From an uncultured delta proteobacterium (lineage in GTDB: Bacteria > Desulfobacterota > Desulfobacteria > Desulfobacterales > QNYZ01): DNA of 64,000 nt. Positions 51,944 to 59,177 of this stretch are shown here, in pieces. The stretch spans positions 96,001 through 160,000 of the forward strand of contig CAWJQU010000017.1 in the NCBI GenBank assembly GCA_963845145.1, read 5' to 3'. How positions within the stretch are numbered: position 1 is the first letter of the stretch; each line of letters begins with the position of its first letter. Below the pieces are notes generated by a model. The model was given only the letters and a program-made list of their open reading frames with translations, ran no database searches and had not been told where the DNA came from. Made by a program: the position numbers and the translations under genes.

Positions 51944-51991
51944 ATTTACATTAAATTTACATTGACATTTACATTAAGGCCGAAATAACAT
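51944..51991 (+). promoter_or_regulatory. lexA promoter overlapped by three ATTTACATT direct repeats
   Basis: ATTTACATT at 51944, 51955 and 51967; TTGACA(51962)-N18-TAACAT(51986). Confidence 0.6.
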
Positions 51992-52037
51992 AAAACCCAA
52001 CCCTAAAGTAAGGTAACGAATCGCGGTGGAGGTTTCC

Positions 52038-52682
52038 ATGAAAGCGGCATTAACGGCCAAACAGCAACAATTTCTGGACTATTTGGCGCGCGTGATTACG
52101 CGAACCGGACGGGCGCCAAGCTTGCGACAGGCGGCCGAGGATTTGTCGGTGAGCCATGCAGCGGTGGCCCAAATGATCCGGGCGCTGGAAGAAAAGGGGC
52201 ATGTACGGCGGGAAGGGCGCTACAGTCGCACGATTCATCTGCTAAATCGAGGGCGGGAAACGGCGGCGGTGCAGCGTTGGCGGGAAGTCCCCGTTGTGGG
52301 GAGGATTGCGGCCGGACTGCCTTTGTATGCCCAGCAGGAGTGGGATGGCGGGATCGTGGTGGACACGGCCCTGTTTCGGGGGGAGAACCTGTTCGCCTTG
52401 CGGATCAAAGGGGATTCCATGCAGGGGGTGGGGATTTTCGACGGCGATGTGGCTGTCTGCGAGCCACGGCAGTACGCCGAAAACGGCGAAATCGTGGCGG
52501 TTCTCATCAAGGGCGAAGAGGCCACGGTCAAGCGGTTTTTTCTTCGCAAGGACCACGTCGCCTTGCGGCCCGAAAACCCGAAGTATGAGGTGATGCGATA
52601 CGGCTTTAGCGATGTTCTGGTTCAAGGTAAGGTAATGGGTATTCAGCGGGGAAGTGATTCGGCGGCTTTCCGAAGACAATAA
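52038..52682 (+). CDS. lexA: SOS repressor LexA
   Basis: LT.KQ..FL wHTH, cleavage site IAAG, catalytic GDSM and ATVKR. SD GGAGG. Confidence 0.93.
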   Translation: MKAALTAKQQQFLDYLARVITRTGRAPSLRQAAEDLSVSHAAVAQMIRALEEKGHVRREGRYSRTIHLLNRGRETAAVQRWREVPVVGRIAAGLPLYAQQEWDGGIVVDTALFRGENLFALRIKGDSMQGVGIFDGDVAVCEPRQYAENGEIVAVLIKGEEATVKRFFLRKDHVALRPENPKYEVMRYGFSDVLVQGKVMGIQRGSDSAAFRRQ

Positions 52683-52686
52683 AACC

Positions 52687-52777
52687 CGAATAATGAATAT
52701 CGAACAAGGAACCGCAGAATGATGAGGGAGGCACTTCGACATTCGAAATTCCTTGTTCGATATTCTGCGGTTAAAAA
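52687..52777 (+). repeat. Heptamer-periodic palindromic repeat, copy B (empty, no insert)
   Basis: GAATATCGAACAAGGAA (52695-52711) pairs perfectly with TTCCTTGTTCGATATTC (52749-52765). Confidence 0.95.
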
Positions 52778-52789
52778 TAAGATATTGCC

Positions 52790-53629
52790 ATGATAGCCAT
52801 AGAAAAATGTCACCTCAGGATCGGCACCAGCGGGTATTCCTACACCGAGTGGACAGCGGCCGGGGTCTATCCCCAGGGGACGCGTTCGGCGGATATGCTT
52901 CCCTTGTACGCCCGGCGGTTTTCCGCCACCGAGTTGAATTACACCTGGTACCAGATGCCCCGGGCGCCGGCCATTGACCGGATGCGACAAAAGGTGCCGG
53001 CGGATTTTGGTTTTGCCGCCAAGCTGACCCGCACCCTGACCCACGAAATCAAATCGGAACAGTGGCGGGGAGAAGCCGCCCGCTACCGCGACGGTGTGGC
53101 CCCGTTGGTTCAGACGGGGCAGTTGCTGGCCGTGCTGATGCAATTTCCACCCGCTTTTGATCGATCGCGGAAAAACCGGATGTATCTGGCCACCCTGTTG
53201 GACGCCCTGGCCGGCCTGCCTCTGGCGGTGGAGTTCAGGAACGATTCCTGGGCTGTGGACCGGGTCTTCCATGAGCTGGAAAACCGCCGTGCGACCTTAG
53301 TGGCAGTGGACGAGCCGGAATTACCCGGGCTGTTTCCGCCCCTGGACGTGGTGACCAATCCCGATCTGTTCTATGTCCGGTTTCATGGGCGAAACACGCG
53401 CGGATGGCGCTCAGGCAATATGCAAAAACAGTTCGACTACGACTATACCGACAGCGAATTGACCGAGTGGGCCAACCAGCGGATCACCAAGATGGCAAGG
53501 CAGGCAAAAACGGGTGTCATCTTTTTCAACAACCATGTACGCGGTCAAGCCGTGGGAAACGCGGAGCGGCTTGTGGAGCTACTAAGTCAGTCAGACAGTC
53601 AACCGTTCAGCCAGCGAGATAGTGGATAG
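52790..53629 (+). CDS. DUF72 (YecE-like) TIM-barrel protein
   Basis: IGTSGYSY, ELNYTWY, K..RTLTH, QFPP, EFRN.SW, YVRFHGRN, FFNNH. Confidence 0.93.
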   Translation: MIAIEKCHLRIGTSGYSYTEWTAAGVYPQGTRSADMLPLYARRFSATELNYTWYQMPRAPAIDRMRQKVPADFGFAAKLTRTLTHEIKSEQWRGEAARYRDGVAPLVQTGQLLAVLMQFPPAFDRSRKNRMYLATLLDALAGLPLAVEFRNDSWAVDRVFHELENRRATLVAVDEPELPGLFPPLDVVTNPDLFYVRFHGRNTRGWRSGNMQKQFDYDYTDSELTEWANQRITKMARQAKTGVIFFNNHVRGQAVGNAERLVELLSQSDSQPFSQRDSG

Positions 53630-53668
53630 GGGCAACAGCATAAACCAAATTGTTGATACTCCTGCTAT

Positions 53669-54126
53669 TAAAAAAAATATCGAATATCGAACAAGGAATT
53701 TCGAATGTCGAGTGAAGGGAAAACATTTGATCTTGAAAATCGTTTAATTGATTTTGCCGTTCGAATCATTCATGTGGCAGAATCTTTACCTAAAACAAAG
53801 GTTGGTAACCATATTGCAGGCCAACTTATCCGATGTGGAACATCTCCGGCACCAAATTACGGTGAAGCGCAAGGCGCTGAATCTCGACCTGACTTCATTC
53901 ATAAAATGAAAATTTGCCTTAAGGAGTTGCGCGAAACAAAAGTCTGGCTCCAGATGTTAATCCGAGCCGCCATAATAAAGTCGACATCTAAAATTGAGCC
54001 GTTAATCAATGAGAATAACCAATTAATCTCAATTTTTGTATCAAGCATAAAGACTGCCAAAGAGAATAATCAAAAATAATCATCATTCTAAATTCCTTGT
54101 TCGATATTCGATATTCTCGTTTTTAA
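53669..54126 (-). mobile_element. Repeat copy C: palindrome arms enclosing a four-helix-bundle gene
   Basis: Perfect 26-bp inverted repeat 53676-53701 / 54090-54115, extending imperfectly both ways; the arms match the two halves of copy B in reverse orientation. Mobility is inferred. Confidence 0.8.
53705..54079 (+). CDS. Four-helix-bundle protein (23S rRNA IVP/Avd-like fold family)
   Basis: DLENR..FA, QLIRCGTS..PNYGEA..AESR.DF.HK.KI.LKEL.ET..WL; more AT-rich than neighbours. Confidence 0.92.
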   Translation: MSSEGKTFDLENRLIDFAVRIIHVAESLPKTKVGNHIAGQLIRCGTSPAPNYGEAQGAESRPDFIHKMKICLKELRETKVWLQMLIRAAIIKSTSKIEPLINENNQLISIFVSSIKTAKENNQK

Positions 54127-54158
54127 TCAATGGCGGACCAACGGGCAAACCCAAAAAA

Positions 54159-55355
54159 ATGTCTCGCTTCATCATCCATCTCAACATCGCTGATTTCGCC
54201 GCAGCGGTCGAAAGGCGAATGGATCGCCGGCTGGAAGACCGGCCGTTGATTATTGCCCAGGCGGCAGCGAGTCGGGCTGTCGTTTACGATATGAGCGAAG
54301 AGGCGTATGCCGGAGGTATCCGCAAGGGGATGCCTCTTCGCCGGGCGATGCGTAGGGTGCGCGACGCGGCGGTTTTGGCGCCTCATCCCGATCGCTATGA
54401 ACGGGCCATGGGGGCTTTGCTCAAGCGGGTGTTGCCCTATTCGCCCCTGATCGAGCAGGGTGAAGATGACGGGCACCTGTTTGTGGATGTTACGGGCACC
54501 AGCCGATTGTGGGGTCCGTCCGTGGATGTGGCCTGGCGGCTGCATCGGGAAATCCGCGCGGATTTGGGGCTGGACCCCATTTGGTCGGTGGCGGCCAATA
54601 AGCTGGTGGCCAAGGTGGCCACGCGGGTGGTGAAACCCACGGGCGAATATATCGTGGGGTCCGGCGACGAAGCCTCTTTTTTGGCGCCGCTTTCTATGGG
54701 ACTGGTTCCCGGCATCGAGGTCCGGGATATGGCCCGGTTGCGGGAATTTAATTTAACCCGAGTTCATCAGGTGGCAGCCTTGAGCTTGAATCAGCTGGAA
54801 GTACCTTTTGGCCGGCAGGCCCAATTTCTCTACGAGGCGGTGCGGGGAATTGATTCATCGCCGGTACGATCGGTCAATCGGCGGCCGCCCCGGGCGGTGG
54901 CCGATCATACGTTTGATGACGACACCAATGAGCGATCGGTCCTTGAAGGTGTTTTGTATGCGTTAACGGAAGAAATAGCTGCCGGTTTGCGCCGCCGGCG
55001 CCTGGCCACCCGCCGGATTCGTCTCGTGCTCGACCATTCGGATGGTGTGCGACGGCTTCGGCAAAAGGCCTTTTTATCGGCCACGGCCAATGACCTGGTA
55101 CTTTTTGAAATGGTCCGATCTGTTTTCCACCAGGCCTGGAAACGGCGGGTGCGGATTCGGCATCTGCGCCTGATCTGCGACCGGCTGTTGTTTCCCCCGG
55201 CCCAGATCCCCCTGTTTGAGACGGACCGCAACGCGATGGAAAGGCGTAATAACCTGATCGATACGCTTGACCGTATTCGTGGCCGTTTCGGGCATGATGC
55301 GGTTCGGTTTGCGCGTTGGCCGGCTTTCGGCGGATTGGCCGCCTGTGGTGATTGA
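54159..55355 (+). CDS. Y-family polymerase homolog, probably catalytically inactive (ImuB-like)
   Basis: IIHLNIADFAAAVE and GHLFVD replace the catalytic D and DE; NKLVAKVA; clamp-like motif QIPLF; LDRIRGRFG. Confidence 0.85.
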   Translation: MSRFIIHLNIADFAAAVERRMDRRLEDRPLIIAQAAASRAVVYDMSEEAYAGGIRKGMPLRRAMRRVRDAAVLAPHPDRYERAMGALLKRVLPYSPLIEQGEDDGHLFVDVTGTSRLWGPSVDVAWRLHREIRADLGLDPIWSVAANKLVAKVATRVVKPTGEYIVGSGDEASFLAPLSMGLVPGIEVRDMARLREFNLTRVHQVAALSLNQLEVPFGRQAQFLYEAVRGIDSSPVRSVNRRPPRAVADHTFDDDTNERSVLEGVLYALTEEIAAGLRRRRLATRRIRLVLDHSDGVRRLRQKAFLSATANDLVLFEMVRSVFHQAWKRRVRIRHLRLICDRLLFPPAQIPLFETDRNAMERRNNLIDTLDRIRGRFGHDAVRFARWPAFGGLAACGD

Positions 55356-55372
55356 TTGAAAATATGAAAGAA

Positions 55373-55465
55373 CGAATATCGAATATCGAACAAGGAACCG
55401 CAGAATGACGAAGGAGGCACTTGGACATTCGAAATTCCTTGTTCGATATTCTGCGGTTAAAAAAA
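55373..55465 (+). repeat. Heptamer-periodic palindromic repeat, copy D
   Basis: Near-identical to copy B. Confidence 0.95.
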
Positions 55466-55509
55466 GACCCGGATAGCAGACAAACGGATCAACCGGCAAA
55501 CCGATTTTT

Positions 55510-55587
55510 ATGATCCCTCTAACCGTCAGATCGCATTACTCTCTCATGTGGGAATGCTTTCGGCAGAAAAAACGTCCGTTTGTTTGA
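55510..55587 (+). pseudogene. Truncated, diverged duplicate of the dnaE2 5' end
   Basis: MIPLTVRSHYSLMW then unrelated ECFRQKKRPFV*; the intact gene begins MIPLITRSHYSLMWGT. Confidence 0.85.
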
Positions 55588-55652
55588 GGCTGAAGGTCAA
55601 TCAATGGAGGGCAGTAGCCTGATTGATGCGATTGATTTAAGACATAAAAGAG

Positions 55653-55767
55653 CGAATATCGAATATCGAACCCTCCACAATTACGGTGGACAGGCATGGA
55701 ACCGCAGAATGATGAGGGGCACTTCGACATTCGAAATTCCTTGTTCAATATTCTGCGGTTAAAAAAA
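55653..55767 (+). repeat. Heptamer-periodic palindromic repeat, copy E (24-bp insert at 55672-55695, left arm)
   Basis: Copy-B sequence plus CCTCCACAATTACGGTGGACAGGC. Confidence 0.93.
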
Positions 55768-55809
55768 GATCCGGATAGCAGACTACGGACCAACCGGCAA
55801 ACCGATTTT

Positions 55810-58800
55810 ATGATCCCTCTAATCACCAGATCGCATTATTCCCTCATGTGGGGCACCGCTTCGGTAAAGCGGTTGTGCCGCCATGCGGCGGCGTTGGGTT
55901 ACGACCGCCTGGCGCTGACCGACACGGACAACCTTTACGGATTGTGGCCGTTTTTGGAAGCTTGCCGTCAGGAAGGGATTCGACCCATCGTGGGGGCGGA
56001 AGTAACCGATCCCAACCATCGGCATCGGGCCGTTTGCCTGGTGGAGAACGATGCCGGTTATGCCAACCTCTGCCGGTTGCTGACCCGTCGACATCTGGAT
56101 GACGCGTTTGATTTGAAAACATCCCTGCCTGATCTGTCACAAGGACTCACCGTGCTGACCGGCAGTCCCGATCTGATGGCTGCATGGCACACCGCCGACG
56201 TCCGGGTAATGGCCGCCATGCCGCGCAGAGCACTGCCGTCGAGGCATCGTTTGCGCCAAACGGCGGAAGTACTGGGCGTACCCTTAGTGGCGGTACCGGG
56301 TAGTTTCTTTCTTGATCCGGAGGATATCACCGTTCATCGGATGCTACGGGCTATCGACCTCAACACAGCCCTCTCTTGTCTGAAATCCACGAATGCGGCA
56401 CCGTCCGACGCCTGGCTGGCAGGGCCGGATGTGTATGCCCGCCGATTCGCTACCTGTCCTGTGGCGTTACAGGCCACCGAGGCGATTGCCGAACGGCTCG
56501 AATTCACCGGGCCCTCATTTGGGATGGTGATGCCACCCTGGCATCATGCGGACGGACGGGATGCGGATGTGCATTTACGTGCGGCGGCCTATGTCGGGGC
56601 CCGGAAACGGTACGGGGGCGAATTGTCCGAACCGGTGGTGGAACGGTTGGCCCATGAACTTGGGATTATTGCCAAGATGGGGTTTAGCGCCTATTTCCTC
56701 GTTGTTCAGTCGATTATTGAGAATAGTCCGCGCATCTGCGGGCGTGGTTCCGGGGCCGCATCTCTGGTGGCCTACTGCTTGGGAATTACCAACGTGTGTC
56801 CTTTGAAGCACAACCTCTATTTCGAACGGTTCCTGAACCCCGGCCGTTCGGACCCGCCCGATATCGATGTCGATTTTGCCTGGGACGAGCGGGATGACGT
56901 TCAGACGGCGGTTTTCGAAACGTATCGGGGACACGCCGCCATGGTTTCCAACCATGTCACCTTTAAGCCCCGCATGGCCGTACGGGAGGTGGCCAAAGTA
57001 TTCGGGTTGACCGATTCCGAAATCGGCCGCATCTCCAAGCGGATGCCGTGGTTCTGGCGGCGCAGCCGAGCCGACTCGGATATGCTGGACTCCTTGAAGA
57101 AGTTGCCCGAAATGAGAGGGCTGGACTTTGCCCCGCCCTGGCCGGAGATAATGGCAATAGCCCAGCGAATCATCGGCACGCCAAGGTATTTATCCGTGCA
57201 CTCAGGCGGCGTGGTAATCACGCCCGAGCCCATTGATCGGTATGTCCCCGTGGAACGGGCGACAAAGGGCGTACCCGTCATTCAATGGGAAAAGGATGCT
57301 ACGGAAGCGGCCGGGTTGGTCAAGATCGATCTTCTCGGCAATCGCAGCCTGGGGGTGATTCGGGATGCGGTAAAGAATGTCGGCCAAAACGGCGTGCCCT
57401 TTGATGAAACCACCTGGGAGCCGGAGGATGATTTTTCGACCCAGGAGGCCGTCGCCCAGGGGCGGACCATGGGGTGCTTTTACATTGAAAGCCCGGCCAT
57501 GCGCCAACTCCAGCAAAAGGCCGCGGTGGGAGATTTTGAACACCTGGTGATCCACAGCAGCATTATTCGTCCGGCGGCCAACGATTTTATTCGGGAGTAC
57601 ATCCGACGGCTCCATGGCGGCGAGTGGGCGCCCATTCATCCTTTTTTAGCCGATGTCCTTGATGAGACCTTTGGCATCATGGTCTACCAGGAGGATGTTT
57701 CCCGAGCGGCCGTGGCCGTGGCCGGGTTTTCCCATGCCGATGCCGACGGTCTGCGGAAAATCATGTCTAAAAAAGACAAAGTGCGCCAGTTGCGTGATTA
57801 CTATGCGCAATTCCGTAAGGGGGCCAGCCGACGCGGCGTGGATGCGGACAGTATTGCATCCATATGGACCATGATGATGAGCTTTGACGGGTATTCGTTT
57901 TGCAAACCCCACAGCGCGTCCTACGCCCGGGTCTCTTTCCAGGCGGCATATCTGAAGGTCCATCACCCGGCCGAATTCATGGCGGCGGTGATCAGCAATC
58001 AGGGCGGTTATTACAGCACTTTTGCGTATGTGTCCGAAGCGCGACGTATGGGATTGGCCATTCAGCCCCCGGATGTCGGTCATAGCCGGATACGCTGGAC
58101 GGGCGAGGGTAAAAGGATTCGGGTGGGCCTGATGAGCATTAAGGGGTTGTCGGGGCGTACCATGCGCCGGATCGTTGCAGAGCAAGGCCGGCGAACGTTT
58201 GTCCACATCGATGATTTTTTGAAACGGGGGCGGCCGGATGAAGCGGAAGCCAGGGCATTGATCCATGCCGGGGCTCTGGATGGTTTGCGACCCGGCGCGT
58301 CACGGGCGACCTTGCTTTGGGATCTAACCCGGTGGGAAAAGGCCCGGGCCAAGAAAAAGGGACCGGCTTCGTTATTTAGCGACGAACCGTTGCCGCAAGC
58401 ACCACCCCTGCCGCCGGAAACCGAATTGGATCGCCTTGGCCGGGAATTCGATGTCCTCGGGTTTTTGTGCGATCGTCACCCCATGACCCTGTACCGGCCG
58501 GGTTTGAGCGGCCGCCGGATCGTCCGCGTTGACCAGATGCCCCGTTATCTGCATCGGCGGGTGACCCTTGCCGGATGGCTGGTCACCGGTAAGCAGGTTC
58601 GTACCAAACACGGTGACCCTATGGAATTCCTGACCTTTGAAGACGAAACCGGTATGGTGGAAACCACCTTTTTCCCAGATGCCTACCATCGCTATTGCCA
58701 CATGATCGGCCGGGGGCGGCCGTATCTATTGACGGGAAAGGTCGAGCAGGACTGGGGCGTTTGTACGCTGAATGTTATGAAAGTGATAGCCTTGAATGGC

Positions 58801-58812
58801 CCATATGGATAA
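55810..58812 (+). CDS. dnaE2: Error-prone DNA polymerase III alpha (DnaE2/ImuC)
   Basis: GRGSGAASLV, FERFL, PPDIDVDF, KIDLLG, FCKPHSASY, C-terminal OB fold; follows the imuB-like gene. Confidence 0.92.
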   Translation: MIPLITRSHYSLMWGTASVKRLCRHAAALGYDRLALTDTDNLYGLWPFLEACRQEGIRPIVGAEVTDPNHRHRAVCLVENDAGYANLCRLLTRRHLDDAFDLKTSLPDLSQGLTVLTGSPDLMAAWHTADVRVMAAMPRRALPSRHRLRQTAEVLGVPLVAVPGSFFLDPEDITVHRMLRAIDLNTALSCLKSTNAAPSDAWLAGPDVYARRFATCPVALQATEAIAERLEFTGPSFGMVMPPWHHADGRDADVHLRAAAYVGARKRYGGELSEPVVERLAHELGIIAKMGFSAYFLVVQSIIENSPRICGRGSGAASLVAYCLGITNVCPLKHNLYFERFLNPGRSDPPDIDVDFAWDERDDVQTAVFETYRGHAAMVSNHVTFKPRMAVREVAKVFGLTDSEIGRISKRMPWFWRRSRADSDMLDSLKKLPEMRGLDFAPPWPEIMAIAQRIIGTPRYLSVHSGGVVITPEPIDRYVPVERATKGVPVIQWEKDATEAAGLVKIDLLGNRSLGVIRDAVKNVGQNGVPFDETTWEPEDDFSTQEAVAQGRTMGCFYIESPAMRQLQQKAAVGDFEHLVIHSSIIRPAANDFIREYIRRLHGGEWAPIHPFLADVLDETFGIMVYQEDVSRAAVAVAGFSHADADGLRKIMSKKDKVRQLRDYYAQFRKGASRRGVDADSIASIWTMMMSFDGYSFCKPHSASYARVSFQAAYLKVHHPAEFMAAVISNQGGYYSTFAYVSEARRMGLAIQPPDVGHSRIRWTGEGKRIRVGLMSIKGLSGRTMRRIVAEQGRRTFVHIDDFLKRGRPDEAEARALIHAGALDGLRPGASRATLLWDLTRWEKARAKKKGPASLFSDEPLPQAPPLPPETELDRLGREFDVLGFLCDRHPMTLYRPGLSGRRIVRVDQMPRYLHRRVTLAGWLVTGKQVRTKHGDPMEFLTFEDETGMVETTFFPDAYHRYCHMIGRGRPYLLTGKVEQDWGVCTLNVMKVIALNGPYG

Positions 58813-58859
58813 TCGTGAAAATGAATGATTGCGTTCAATTTTGGATGGGGATATTAAAT

Positions 58860-59140
58860 CCGTTTGCCCGTTTGCCCGTTTGCCCGTTTGCCCGCCGGTC
58901 GGGCGGTCGGGCCGTATGAAAATTGAATGAAAACACGGAAAAGCGAATATCGAATATCGAACAAGGAACCGCAGAATGATGAGGGAGACACTTCGACATT
59001 CGAAATTTGATATTCCTTGCCTGTCCGCCGTAGCTGTGGAGGATTCGATGTTCTGCGGTTTAAAAAGGAACGGCTACTCCGCCACAGGCGCACCACTGGC
59101 GGGCAAACCGGTAAACCGGCAAACGGACTAACCGGTAAAC
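58860..59140. repeat. Octamer-periodic inverted arms enclosing copy F
   Basis: (CCGTTTGC)4CCGCC at 58860-58896 pairs with GGCGGGCAAACCGGTAAACCGGCAAACGG from 59098. Confidence 0.85.
58944..59066 (+). repeat. Heptamer-periodic palindromic repeat, copy F (extra heptamer; 24-bp insert at 59019-59042, right arm)
   Basis: Copy-B sequence plus TTGATAT and GCCTGTCCGCCGTAGCTGTGGAGG. Confidence 0.92.
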
Positions 59141-59177
59141 AAAAAAGAGACTGAAAATGATCACCAGGAAAAAGAAT

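Noticed and set aside
52687..52777. Repeats as LexA boxes
   Set aside because: GAAC/GTTC spacing fits neither GAAC-N4-GTTC nor GTTC-N7-GTTC, and copies lie at internal junctions rather than at the lexA promoter.
53705..55853. Diversity-generating retroelement (Avd-like gene plus near-duplicate region)
   Set aside because: No reverse transcriptase; differences between duplicates are not adenine-specific and lie at a gene 5' end.
52687..59066. Repeats as a CRISPR array
   Set aside because: Units are 90-125 bp, separated by whole genes, and there are no cas genes.
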